Source of the DNA: Eledone cirrhosa
Lineage: Eukaryota
Length of the DNA stretch: 64,000 bases
Assembly (NCBI GenBank): GCA_964016885.1
Contig: OZ024741.1
Coordinates: forward strand, 371,504,001 to 371,568,000
Direction: 5' to 3'
This document shows, piece by piece, positions 1 to 13,635 of the stretch. The notes under the pieces were generated by a model, which was given only the letters and a program-made list of their open reading frames with translations, ran no database searches and was not told the DNA's origin. A program made the translations under genes and the position numbers. The first letter of the stretch is position 1. Each line of letters opens with the position of its first letter.

Positions 1-65
1 AAATTTACACAGACACACAAAACTATGAGGAGAAACTATACGAAGGTGTGCTGAACAGTTCATAC

Positions 66-240
66 GCTGACTATGAAGGAGTGATGCTAGTGCTGTGAAA
101 TCGTGCATGCATTAATGTCAACTCTTCTTATCTATAACTGCGTTGTTTCTTTCCAGGGATTGTGTAGAAAAATAAACCTCATTTGATCATTCCATGAGGG
201 TATCTTGGTCAGCCTATCAACGTTTTAGCCGACCCTCGTA
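66..240 (+). repeat. Dispersed repeat family A, copy 1 (SINE/MITE-like, unclassified)
   Basis: gctgactatgaaggagtgatg...cattccatgag...gccgaccctcgta recurs at 767-1010 (+) and about 2338-2490 (-). Confidence 0.7.
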
Positions 241-257
241 CATACATAATTGTATAT

Positions 258-470
258 GATCACTCAGCCAGTTAGAAATAGCAGCTAAATATCCATCTCA
301 TCACACCTAATAAGTTAACAAAAGGAAGAAATATATGCACACATATAATGGATTACGATATGTTTATATATAATAAATATATGGGAGTCTCGCTACAAAT
401 TCTTTTAAAGCTGTGATCGTGTCACCGCTACTAAGTGAGCTCTGACATGATCACGACTTAAAATAGTCAA
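258..470 (+). mobile_element. Degenerate SINE-like dispersed repeat (gatcactc...agaaatagcagctaaat...tcacacc family)
   Basis: Related segments at 19570-19760, 19790-19900 and 40715-40760. Confidence 0.45.
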
Positions 471-766
471 AGCGAAACTCTCGTTGCTTTATTATACATA
501 AATATATCATTTGTGTTGTCATATACACCCTTATAATGAACTATGCTATGTTAGTGCCACTTCTAAATGCACATATATACATGCATGCATAGATATATAC
601 ATACATGCATGCATACATATATACATATATGTACGTATGCATCCATACATACACACAAACATGTATACATACATGCATAGATATATTCTTGCATACATGC
701 ATATATACACACAAACATGTACACATACATACATATATACATACATACATACATGCATATATATAG

Positions 767-1010
767 GCTGACTATGAAGGAGTGATGTTAGTGCTGTGAA
801 ATCTGGCATGTATTAATTTCAACTCCTCTTACTAATAACTGCCTTGTTTCCAAGGACTATGTTGAGAAATAAACCTCATTTGGTCATTCCATGAGAGTAT
901 CTTCGTTAGCCTATGAACCTTTTATCCTTTTTAGCCTATGAACTTTTTTGCCTATAAACTTATTAGCCTATGAACATTTTAGCCTACGAACTTCTCAGCC
1001 GACTCTCGTA
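767..1010 (+). repeat. Dispersed repeat family A, copy 2, with internal short tandem (tagcctatgaac..tt)n
   Basis: Aligns by eye with 66-240. Confidence 0.7.
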
Positions 1011-1394
1011 CATACATACATACATACATGCATACATTCGAAATTTCATTGAACCACTCTCAGAAAATAGAAACACTATGGACAACTGCCCGACAAAACT
1101 CCAAATACTCTACGCAGATGTACTTCTAATTATTTGGTACTTGGCTATGTTGTCAGTATTTAAGTAAAAATCTCTAACATTTAGGATTTTCAAGCCAAGA
1201 AAAGAGGGAACGTATGCTGCCAATTCAATCTGTCATCAGAACAGCGAAAGTATGCCATACTTTTCTAAAATTCAACAAGTAACTCTTTACCGTTGATGAT
1301 ATCTAAATTCAATGGCAGGAATTTGTGTCTTACTTAGAAACCAGCCCCTTTTTTTGTGGGGGTGTGAAAAGAATTTAAAGAATTAAAAAAGAAC

Positions 1395-1483
1395 ATACAT
1401 TCACACATACACACGTATGTACATACATAATGCATACACACATGCGCGCGCGCGCGCGCACACACACACACACACACACATAC

Positions 1484-1545
<62 letters not shown>

Positions 1546-1665
1546 ATACACACACACACACACACACATATATACATATGTGTATATATATATGTATGTA
1601 TAGATGTATATATATATATATATATATATGTATACACACAGACATATATACATATATATACATAA

Positions 1666-1723
<58 letters not shown>

Positions 1724-1732
1724 ATATATATG

Positions 1733-1776
<44 letters not shown>

Positions 1777-2030
1777 TATATATGTATGTGTATACATATT
1801 ATATCTGCACACACAAATATACACATACACATACACATACATACAGACATACATAGATACATACATACACGCATACATACATACACACATACACACACAC
1901 ATACATACATACACACATATATACATACACACACACATACATACACACATACATACATACATATATACATACATACATACATACATACATACATACATAC
2001 ATACATACATACATACATACATACATACGC
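1395..2030. repeat. Compound microsatellite (CG)n(CA)n(TA)n(TACA)n
   Basis: Direct inspection. Confidence 0.95.
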
Positions 2031-2109
2031 ACATGCAAACGTACATCTGTGAATTTTTTTTTAAGGAACCCCTACGAAGAACAAATGGTAAGAAGTAGTA
2101 GTGTTAATA

Positions 2110-2340
2110 ACTTCATTAGCCGCCAAACATTGTGCTTGGTGTACATCATCAGAGGTAAGTGCTAAGGAGCTATAACTGTCACCTCTTCTGCAGCCACCGG
2201 CAAAACCTACTAATAGAAAGACGAGTCAGTGGTTGCATTTCAAAGTGGTTACCTCAACCCAGTCGACCCTCGTTCATACCGTGCCCCAGCATGGCCTCAG
2301 CCGGATGGCTGGAACAAGTAAAAGAGTAAATGAGTAAAGA
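2110..2340 (+). mobile_element. Short retroposon (SINE or LINE 3' tip) ending in the CR1/L2-type tail shared with the LINE at 8310-11818
   Basis: gtgccccagcatggcctcagccggatggctggaacaagtaaaagagtaaa (2282-2330) is nearly identical to 11764-11818; the 5' boundary is approximate. Confidence 0.6.
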
Positions 2341-2490
2341 CTGACCAAAATACTCTCATGGAATGACCAAATGATGTTTATTTTTCAATATAGTCCCTGG
2401 AAAGAAACAATGCAGGTATTAATAAGAAGAGTTGAAATTAATGAAAAGATTTCACAGCTTTAGCATCAATCCTTCATAGTCTGCCTATGA
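2338..2490 (-). repeat. Dispersed repeat family A, copy 3 (inverted)
   Basis: Reverse complement matches 66-215. Confidence 0.65.
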
Positions 2491-2689
2491 ACTTTTCATC
2501 CGACCCTCTCATGTATGCGTGTATCCTTAAGTGTATGTATGTATGTATGTATGTATGTATGTATGTATGTATGTATGTATGTATGTATGTATGTATGTAT
2601 GTATGTATGCATGTATGTATATAGAAAGAGAGTTAGTTCCACAACAAATTAGCAAACCGTACTCGAGGACGCTCGTTTCACCTAGCTGA

Positions 2690-3270
2690 ATTTAAACACG
2701 AGTGAGGTTGTGCTGAGAACGGAAGTGTATATGAGCTGATTTTGCGCAATGGTCAGCGATAAGAGAGTTAACTCAAGTTCGACTGATGCTGAGGATGCGA
2801 TTTTCGTTTGAGTTAATTCATTCCGGGTAAGATTTATCCTGGGTCGTTGTAGTTACGTAACGTGTACTTTACAATATGGGGGCAACGAATAAAAAATCGA
2901 CTCTTGTGTTGAGACAAGTATTATTACGTAATCTCTGCAAGATATTCATTCTTTTATCGATACACAGCCAATAGGACAAATTCCCATTTCGGTATAGCCT
3001 AGATTTGGCCAGAACTTTCCATTGAATGGTGTAATCGATGTCTGCATCGTTGAGTGACCATATATGGCTCGCTAGCTTCGTAGACGATCGCTTATCAGAG
3101 TGTCTAAAGTTTGTCTGATGGTTAAGGAATCGTTCTTTAAACCGGCCCTCAGACATACCTACATGTGTTTTGACCGCCTGCTGTTGGTTTAGTCGAATAT
3201 ATGTAACTTCAGCCTCATCGACTACTGCGGGTATGTTACACTGTTGTTGAATAGGGCATTTCTTACTCCC
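2690..3270 (-). pseudogene. Penelope-like element 3' fragment: GIY-YIG endonuclease
   Basis: Minus-strand translation KKCPIQQQCNIPAVVDEAEV...KTHVGMSEGRFKERFLNHQTNF...KLASHIWSL...QWKVL...LC. This is the Cys linker plus decayed VVY/YVG motifs of PLE endonucleases. Confidence 0.8.
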
Positions 3271-3577
3271 CTCCTAATAACACTACCAATAGAAAAAGAA
3301 ATAGAAATAAAAAATAATTTGGTTCTCCCCACCCTTCTCGCTCAGTCTTAGAATCAATGTAGGTAGGACATTCTTGGCACTCCTAGACAAACACTTCCTC
3401 ACAGAATATAAATACAGACCTATCTTCAATAACCACAGGGTGAAACTCATATATTCCTGTGCTAAAAAAACCCCAGAAAGCCTAGATCACCACTAACCCC
3501 AAGAGCTCAACCCCACCCGAATACTCATGTAGAAGGCCAGAAGCATGCCTTTTACCTTAGATCTGTTTGATCAAGAG
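3271..3577 (+). pseudogene. Penelope-like element fragment (RT-to-EN linker)
   Basis: Translation with frameshift and stop: RKRNRNK/IIWFSPPFSLSLRINVGRTFLALLDKHF...IFNNHRVKLIYSC...SCRRPEACLLP*ICLIKS, matching the PLE WFxPPFS...LDKHF...YSC...CxCR motif block. Confidence 0.8.
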
Positions 3578-3908
3578 TGACTTGGGGTCTAAACAACAAC
3601 AATAGTAACATCAACATCAACACCTTCAACAACAACGCCAACATCGACAGCAATAATAGCAGCATTAATAACAACAGTAACGACAACAACAATTACAAGA
3701 GTAGCAACATAAACATCAATATCTACGACAACAACGCCAACATCAACAGCAGTAATAACATCGGCAATAGCAACACCAACATCGACATGAACAACAATGT
3801 ACCACCGAATTGGAAAGACATCACCGAACCAAATCTATCCTCTATTTTCTATTTTCAGTTTGTATTCGCCACAATCCTGTTATGTTATAATAACTAATTG
3901 TGAAATCT

Positions 3909-3982
3909 ACACCTGATGAAATCGCCTAAATCTTGCATCATGATCGGATGAAGAAGCTGGGCCATTGAAATATGTATAGTGT
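3909..3982 (+). ncRNA. Type I hammerhead-like ribozyme motif (PLE pLTR type, degenerate stem II)
   Basis: acac-CTGATGA...ggccatt-GAAA-tatgta-TA-gtgt; stem I acac/gtgt. Confidence 0.55.
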
Positions 3983-4126
3983 TTTTGCGGAATGAAAATG
4001 TTAAAGAAAGTCTCTTCTGTTGTTTTTAATGAATATATATATATCCTCTATTTCAACCTAAGCGGGATCCTAATAAGACTGTGTTTTGGCATCCCTGTGT
4101 TTGTGTTATTTCTTCAATTATATATA

Positions 4127-4162
<36 letters not shown>

Positions 4163-4469
4163 TATGTGTTTGTATATGTGTGATGTTTATGTATAGTGGC
4201 GGTTTCGGTATAGGTACATATAAAATGGTTGACGATAAAACGTAGTGAATTGTTTAGCCATTGAATAAAGGGCTGAACTTGAAGACCTGGAGCGTCTGTA
4301 AATATCATTGAGGAAATAATTAATATTGAAGATCTTACTGCAAGGATATACCTTCTATGAAGTATTCCCAAATAAATCATTCGGAATTTGGCAAATAATC
4401 AGATACCTTTCAGTTCCATTTCTTATTAGTTTCATTCACTAGCCTCTTAATGTCAGCCATTTGATCATA

Positions 4470-5759
<1,290 letters not shown>

Positions 5760-5895
5760 GGTTTGTTGGTTCACCACTGGATAGAACTGGTCAATCCGTA
5801 TGGTCAACTTCGATGTAATATTATGGAGAGCACTCAACGTAATGCAACTCACCCGTCTTCGTTTGTGTAGTTGGTGGTGCGAGTACGGAGTTAAT

Positions 5896-6219
5896 TATTA
5901 TAAAATAACAGGAGGCTGGACTGGTGTAAATCCTTGAAAGGTTTATTATACTATGATCATTTCAATGACCAGGTTCAGTATGAATCCGGTGACATCATCA
6001 GGTATTCAAAAAATAACAAAGGAATATAACAGATAAGTCGTTCGTCCTCTTGTCTTTGATTTTTAGCCCCATGGATTTTATCTGTTATATTCCTTTGTTA
6101 TTTTTTGAATACCTGATGATGTGACCGGATTCATACTGAACCTGGTCATTGAAATGATCATAGTATAATAAACCTTTCAAGGATTTACACCACTCCAGCC
6201 TCCTGTAATTTTATAATAT
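5896..6219. repeat. Fold-back inverted repeat, about 140-bp arms (5896-6036 / 6078-6219), each with a hammerhead-like motif
   Basis: Arms are near-perfect reverse complements; ends in (TA)n. Confidence 0.85.
6109..6166 (+). ncRNA. Type I hammerhead motif (UG/UU-closed stem II variant); mirror copy at 5948-6005 (-)
   Basis: atac-CTGATGA-tg-TGACC...GGTCA-tt-GAAA-TGATCA-TA-gtat. Confidence 0.65.
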
Positions 6220-6235
6220 ATATATATATATATAA

Positions 6236-6372
6236 ACAAAGAAAATGGGGTAAGGAACCAGGTGGACCATAACGCACCAGAGTACTCGATATTTAGGGTA
6301 GTGGAGTGGGTAATAGGAAAAGAGTCAGGACCCATACGGCTAAGCTCCAGCCGTTTCGACAGCTAGATCGGA

Positions 6373-6412
<40 letters not shown>

Positions 6413-6531
6413 AAAACGGCTTGAGCTCTGCCGTCGGGGCTAAACATTTTCCTATTACCCACTCTACTACCATAAGTATTGAGTACTCTGGTGCGTTATG
6501 GTCTACCTGGTTCCTTGCCACATTTCCTTCG

Positions 6532-6535
<4 letters not shown>
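6236..6535. mobile_element. Family B (TA)n-inserted element, inverted pair (6236-6372 minus, 6411-6535 plus)
   Basis: ttcctattacccactctactacc...gagtactctggtgcgttatggtc recurs at 7769-7945, 11841-11986, 24842-24960 and 49890-50090. Confidence 0.8.
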
Positions 6536-6614
<79 letters not shown>

Positions 6615-7041
6615 AAGAGAAAGAGAGAGACAAACAAAGAAACATCTACCCCATGTATAGACGAATTCATGAATAGAACGGTGAAGTAAGTCTATGAAAG
6701 AGTTAAAGAGTTTTCTACAGACCACGTGCATGTATGTAGTTGATGGTGGTGCTGCTTTTGCTATTGGTGCAGGTGTTGGTGCTACTGTTACTGTTGCTGC
6801 TGATGTTGTTGGTGGTGGTGGAGGGGGTGGTAGTGGCGCTGTGGAGGTAATGGTGTTATTACTATTGGTAGTGCTGTTGTTGTTGTTGTTGTTGTTGTTA
6901 GTGGTAGTAGTAGTGTTGGTGTAGTTGTTTTCGTCTAATATCTAATGAGAGAACCTTATTTCGTGGTTGGAGACTGGCTCCTTCTGCAAAAATTTAATAA
7001 GTTAAAACATAAGGGCATAGCCACATACACACACACACACA

Positions 7042-7080
<39 letters not shown>

Positions 7081-7101
7081 ATACATACATGCATATATAA
7101 T

Positions 7102-7134
<33 letters not shown>

Positions 7135-7272
7135 TTATAACATATATATTTATATATTATAAACAAAAACACATATGTATATTATTTCCGCCCAATAACA
7201 ACCTTTGTATGCAGACCGTCATACACGAAGTGTAAGTAAAACATACTCACACACACGCGCGCTCGCACGCGC

Positions 7273-7311
<39 letters not shown>

Positions 7312-7451
7312 TTATATATACACACACATGAGCATATATACGCGTCTAAATAAATATATTCACATGTGCTAGAAGAAGTAAGGAGCTAAGATTCGGAAAA
7401 CGTAGCACTTGCGCAAAGATGTATGTTTGTGAGTATATATAAATATATATA

Positions 7452-7483
<32 letters not shown>

Positions 7484-7568
7484 CTCACAAACATACATCT
7501 TTGTAAAAGTATATATATATATATGAGAAAAATGTGAGAAAAACCACAGACCCTCCATCTCAACTCTA

Positions 7569-7604
7569 CTTTTGAAAAGCAGAAGAACTGCGAAACCGGT
7601 AAAG
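7569..7604 (+). ncRNA. Minimal type I hammerhead, U3-A8 core variant
   Basis: ctt-TTGAAAA-GCAG aagaa CTGC-GAAA-CCGG-TA-aag; palindromic stem III ACCGGT, GUA site. Confidence 0.6.
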
Positions 7605-7691
7605 GAACCAAATAAATATATATAATTTTTTTAAAAATAAGACTCCAGTTGCATTTTCGATTTCATCTTTTTTTTCTCTCTCTCTCTCTCT

Positions 7692-7768
<77 letters not shown>

Positions 7769-7771
<3 letters not shown>

Positions 7772-7945
7772 AAAAGAGTCAGGACTCCTAATGCTGAGCT
7801 GCAGCCGTTTCGACAGCTAGATCCAACCTCCGAGCTCAGCCGTCGGGGTCCTGACTCTTTTCCTATTACCCACTCTACTACCCTAAGTAACGAGTACTCT
7901 GGTGCGCTATGGTCCACCTGGTATCTTACCACACCTTCTTTGTTA
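7769..7945 (+). mobile_element. Family B copy with 5' inverted segment
   Basis: ggaaaagagtcaggac (7769) pairs with gtcctgactcttttcc (about 7848-7863); (TA)n on both sides. Confidence 0.75.
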
Positions 7946-8135
7946 TATATATATATATATGATATTTATATATATAAAGAATCGGGGCCCGGCCCGACTT
8001 TTTCTAATATAATCACACTCGGCTATAAGTATCGAGTACTCTGGTGAATAATCTATTAATCCCGATATATATATATATATATACATGTGTGTGTGTGTGT
8101 GTGGGTGGGTGTGTGTATGTATCTATTTATTTATC

Positions 8136-8243
<108 letters not shown>

Positions 8244-8309
8244 ATACATATATACATTATATACATACATAGAACCAAATATATGTGTGTATGTATATAT
8301 ATATATATA

Positions 8310-8883
8310 CATACACAACCAACAAGCAAAGGGCAAAGGTGAAAAGCGAAATCACCTTCCGAAGGAGAACCAAGCGCAGAGGGACCAGTGGACAACTGTT
8401 CAAAGGAAGAACAGAAAGCACCGAGACACTGGGAGCAAAAAAACCCAAGTAATGTGCAAGTTTTTTAAGAACGGGACATGCTGGCATGAAGAGACAGGGA
8501 TGGGATGCAGATTCGCCCACCCTAGGTCTCAAACGAACTATGCCCATCCTACTCGCGCAACATACCCCAGCCAAAGCCAAAATAAGCCGCTCCAGAAGTA
8601 TGCTGATGTCGCACGTGCCGCACCATCAAGGAGAAGGCACGCACATGCCGACGAGATACAGATGGCAGCAGCAGATCAGAAAATCTTTTTAGTGATGGCA
8701 GAGAAGATTGTGGGACAGCTGACCTGGCTGCATCATCTCCAGAGCCAGGGTCATCCACATCCACACCAGCACTCGAGACCACCACAGTTAAGAGACCCAG
8801 AGTGGCCGCCGCTGACACCAGACCAGGTGTCATACCGACAGCCATTACTGGCACCCCAAAAGTCACACCAGTGCTGCTGCTGA
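8310..8883 (+). pseudogene. LINE ORF1 C-terminal part with CCCH-type zinc finger
   Basis: [22 protein letters not shown] (C-x7-C-x8-C-x3-H, 8455-8520), KYADVAR and EWPPL motifs; 5' part replaced by (TA)n; overlaps the ORF2 frame. Confidence 0.65.
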
Positions 8884-11743
8884 ATGTCAGGGGCCTGGTG
8901 AAACTCAGTAACATGAGTAAAATTTCCTACCTGGGAGACTTAGCCATAAGCAATCAAGCACTATGCATGGCACTAACCGAAACGCACCTGACAAGCAGTA
9001 TAGCAGATGCAGAAATACATATACCGAAATATACTGTATTTCGTTCGGACAGGAAGGAGAGAACTCATGGTGGGGTTGCTCTGTATATCCGTGAAGATGT
9101 CACACCAATTGTACTGTTGACACATTCAAACTCAGTCTGTGACACACTGATAGTACATATGAAGCAACTACAGACAGTAATATGTGTCACATATCGGCCG
9201 CCCGATGCCCCCAGTCATGAGGGTAAATTTGAGGATAGCCTAAGTAGGATAGAAGAGCTCCTTGACAAACTGGACCAGGGTCTCAACATTCTACTGCTGG
9301 GAGACCTCAACCTACCAAAGGTCAAATGGCCTGAGGGCCAGCTCCTCCCTGGAATGACGTCAATAGAACAGAGACAGACGGAATCCCTGCTGGCCCTCAC
9401 ACACAGGCTGTTCATGGAGCAAGCAATACTCCTCCCAACAAGAGGCGAAAATGTCCTGGACCTCTGTTTTACAAACAACGAAGTGCTCATCCACAATGTA
9501 AAGGTGACACCAACAATCCTCTCGGATCATAACTTAGTTGAGCTAATGATATGTGGTCCAAGAGAACCAACAGAGACAAAACCACCAAGAAGCTCCGGGA
9601 CGTTATCCAGCCTTAACTTCTACAAGGCTAACTGGAAAAAGATTAAGAGAGAAATCCGGAAGCAAACATGGAGTGAAAACACCGCCACACAAGACACCAA
9701 CACACAATTTCAACACTTCATGACAACGATACACACTATATGCAGACTGTTTGTCCCGGAGAAAGAGGCAAACAGACACAAAAATTTTATTCCCAGAGAT
9801 AGGAAAATCCTTATGAGACGTAGAACTAAACTCTCAAACCAGTTGAATAGTCAACAAAACAAAAACAAGAAGGAATCCTATTTGAAATGTGCATTACTTG
9901 GCACCGAGATTGCACTCAAACTTTCCCATGAGAATGAGAGGGCAAAGAAAGAGAACAGGGCCATAGAAAACATTAAAACAAACCCTAAGCCCTTCTTTAA
10001 ATTTGCAAAAGAAACTGCCTCAGTACACTGCAAGATTGGGCCACTCTTCCATACGGACGGTTCATTAACAGAAAACCCCCAAGAGATATGTGAAATACTG
10101 AACGAACAGTACAAAAGTGTGTTCACATGTCCACTGAGGCACATGCAAATAACGAAGCCAGAGGAGTTCTTTGATGCCAAAACACTACACGAAGAAAAGT
10201 CAACCATCAACCACATAGACATAACGGAGGAGGATGTGGTGTACGCCATTGATGAAATTAGAACAGACTCGGCTGCTGGACCTGATGGATTCCCAGCAGT
10301 TCTCTTAAAAATATGTAAGCGGGCCTTAGCAACTCCACTGAAGATGCTCTTCAGAAGCTCCTTGGTTAGCGGTGTACTACCCAGGGAGCTGAAAGAAGGC
10401 ACAATATGCCCTGTCCATAAAGGAGGTGTAGCAGAGCGGAGGCCAAAAACTATAGGCCAGTCTCCCTGACGTCGCATATCAGTAAGGTCATGGAGCGAGT
10501 CGTCAGAAAGAAACTGATCACTTTCCTCGAGGAAAATGACCGCCTGACTAGCACGCAACATGGCTTCCGCCCAGGAAGAAGCTGCCTTACACAGCTGCTA
10601 CATCACTACGACTGGGTACTGAGACAACTACTAGACAGCTCACATGTGGGCGTGATATATCTTGACTTTGCGAAGGCCTTTGACAAGGTCGACCACGGAA
10701 TGATATGTCACAAACTACACGGACTCGGCATAACTGGAAAAGTAGGTGAGTGGCTGCATGGCTTCCTAAAGGACAGAAGCCAGGCAGTCGCTGAAAATTG
10801 GGCCCTCTCAAAGGAAACACCAATAACAAGTGGGGTGCCCCAGGGGACAGTCCTGGGACCACTACTGTTTTTGGTGGCTCTCTCAGACATGCCCTCTGTA
10901 GTACATACAACAACATCCCTCACTAGCTATGCTGATGACACTAAGGTAGTACAGGCAATCAAAAACCCGGCTGACGCTGCCCTTTTACAGCAGGATCTGG
11001 AACACAACTACACAGGACCAGGAGGGACCGATATCCCCGTGTCAAAATCGATACGAGACCTGGGCATAGACATGAGCGATGATGCATCTTTTTCTTCACA
11101 CATCATGAGAGTGGCGACAATGTGCAGACGACTCGCTGGCTGGATCTTGAGGACTTTTCGGACAAGAGATCGAGACACCATGTTGACACTATGGAGGACA
11201 TTTGTACTAAGCCGCCTGGACTACTGCTCCCAGTTGTGGTCACCCCATAGTGTCAAACTAACCACGGAGCTTGAGGCAATCCAGCAAAGCTACACCAAGA
11301 GGATTGCCAAGATGAGGGAGACAAGCTACTGGGAGAGGCTAAAGGAACTGAACCTCTACTCCTTGGAGCGAAGACGGGAGAGATACGCAGTGATCTACAT
11401 GTGGAAAATCCTGGAGGGACTAGCACCAAACTTTGGCATTGGGAGCTGAACCAACCGTCGAACAGGACGTCACTGTGTGGTGCCAAATATCCCGTCTTCC
11501 ACATCTAGAATAAGGAGCAGGTATTGCAATAGCCTGGGATTCAAGGGCCCTCAACTCTTCAACAGGCTGCCGAGGGATCTGAGAGATTTGCATGACGTGG
11601 AGGTGGATGTCTTCAAGAAACATCTCGACGCCTTGTTGTCCAGGATCCCGGATGAGCCCACAGCAAGACACGAGGGAAACCTAAGGGTAACAGCAACAAA
11701 CTCCCTCTTACACCAGTGGCCAACCTATACAGGCTGGAGATAA
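8802..11743 (+). pseudogene. LINE ORF2: apurinic endonuclease plus reverse transcriptase (disrupted)
   Basis: APE motifs LNVRGL, LTETHL, GGVALY, YRPP, GDLNLP, LDLCF, SDHN. RT motifs AGPDG, NYRPVSLTS, QHGFRPGRSC, YLDFAKAFDKVDH, SGVPQGTVLGP, YADD (10928-10939), LDYCSQLWSP, LERRRERY. Lesions: frameshift near 10428, apparent deletion near 11005, in-frame TGA at 11447. Confidence 0.93.
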
Positions 11744-11840
11744 AATATGTAGCAACAAGGGCGGTGCCCCAGCATGGCCTCAGCCGGAAGGCTGAAACAG
11801 GTAAAAGAGTAAAAGAGTATATATATATATATAGATATAT

Positions 11841-11985
11841 AGGAAAAAGTATGACCCCGACGGCAGAGCTCAAGCCCTTTCGACGGCTATTTCTGGACTT
11901 TTTCCTATTACCCACTCTACTACCCTAAGTATTCAGTACTCTGGTGCGTTATGGTCCATCTGGTTCCTTACCACAATTCCTTTGT

Positions 11986-11986
<1 letters not shown>
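11841..11986 (+). mobile_element. Family B copy with 5' inverted segment
   Basis: Same core as 49890-50090; flanked by (TA)n. Confidence 0.75.
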
Positions 11987-12031
<45 letters not shown>

Positions 12032-12687
12032 GATACAACCAGTTTAAAACTGGTATTCGAATACATGGGTAGTAGAGTATGTCTATGTTATAATGAGTCG
12101 GGACCCGACGGCAGGGCTCTTGCTATTTCAACAGCTAGTTACATAGCTGTTGAATCAGCAAGACCATTTCAAATCATTGGAATAACAATTATTGCAAGAA
12201 CTTATTCTATCGTCAGGAGAGAATTCTTCAGAACAAGAGGAGAGATTGATCATAAAGTATATAGTCCATTTCGTTGTGGTAACCGCATGGTGTCCAGCAT
12301 GTTGCATTGTTGGACTACCAAATGAATAAATCTCTCTCTATATATATTTTTTTACGTTTAGATGTGTATATTTGGATATGATATATATGTTTAGATATGT
12401 CTTTGCACATATAAACTAGCATATCATATGAGATGGTGAAAATGAGTTGGGGCCTGTCCTGTCATTTTGATTATACTCTCAGACCTATCGATATCAAAAC
12501 AATTGTAATATGACAATAAATTGTGTACATATGCTGCAACACTGACTTTGATTCTTCTTAATCTATTTAAACTCTGCACACTGGAATACAACCCACACGA
12601 GACGGACCTCGTAATAGCATTGAGTGCTTCGAACGGCGCGCCGCATGCAACTGTAGTTACACTAACTAACACACACATATATATATA

Positions 12688-12815
12688 TCGCTGATGAAGG
12701 TGCTCTTAGTCAATTACGTAATGCATAATAACATTACCTGATTTCTGTACACGCCAGCTCCATATGGACTGTCACCAGCAGATGGAGTAGCAGAAACTAA
12801 TGCATTAGTCCGGGG
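12688..12815 (+). ncRNA. Hammerhead-like motif with about 90-nt stem II insertion
   Basis: tcg-CTGATGA-agg-tgct...agca-GAAA-CTAATGCATTAG-TC-cgg; self-complementary stem III and GUC site; 5' side abuts (TA)n. Confidence 0.5.
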
Positions 12816-13112
12816 CCAGAGAATCAAACTCTATACCCATACGAAATCGTTTTTCTCACCGTTTAACGTATAAGTGTGCACTCTGCTTTCCTTTTGGTTG
12901 GTATCTTTATGATACTGGCTTAATCAAAGCATTGAGTGAGTGGGGAAACGATCGAAGGTGTTCCGGTGAGTTCGTTTCAGTATTATATATATATTTATGT
13001 ATATATATATATATATATAAATGTATATATGTTGAAAAATCCCGAGTTAAATCGGGGATAACCACAGTAAATAAGGTACTCAAACAGTAGTAGAGTGAAA
13101 ACATCAACATTT

Positions 13113-13219
13113 AATATAGAAATGGTCTCTAAAGGACTAGAACTGACTCACTCGTATGAAATCATTAGGTATTCCGGATGATTTCATACGAATGAAACAG
13201 TTCTAGTCATGTAGAAGCC

Positions 13220-13222
<3 letters not shown>
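13113..13222. repeat. Fold-back copy of family C (hammerhead-like core GATGATTTC..GAATGAAACAGTTCTAGTC)
   Basis: Arms about 13121-13165 / 13178-13222; relatives at 42500-42565 (-) and 43168-43218 (+). Confidence 0.6.
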
Positions 13223-13283
<61 letters not shown>

Positions 13284-13571
13284 AATGTATGTGTGTATGT
13301 ATGTATGTATGTATGTAGGTATGTATGTATGTATGTATATATTAAACAGTCCCGGTGCATGTAGTGAGTGAAGGGTAATTGACAAAATGGAAAGACAAAG
13401 ACTAGTAGCAAAGAGATGAAGAAGGGCTTATTGATAGACAGAAGGTGGGGAACAGAGAGAGGGGGGGGGAGATGATAGGCAGATATAGAGTAAGAGTGTC
13501 AAAGTAGGTGAGAGACAGATAAATAGCGATAGATGAAAACTATGTGATAAATAGTGAGAGAGAGAGAGAGA

Positions 13572-13635
<64 letters not shown>

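Larger units (their letters stand above)
8310..11818 (+). mobile_element. CR1/L2-group non-LTR retrotransposon (LINE), 5'-truncated and defective
   Basis: ORF1 remnant plus APE and RT ORF2, short 3' UTR ending in (TAAAAGAG)n, embedded in (TA)n. Confidence 0.92.

Noticed and set aside
511-2098. Many YI/CV/HT-rich ORFs here and throughout the window
   Set aside because: Translations of (TA)n, (TG)n and (TACA)n microsatellites; no coding signal
11447-11449. In-frame TGA in LINE ORF2 as programmed readthrough
   Set aside because: The copy also has a frameshift and a deletion; ordinary decay is sufficient
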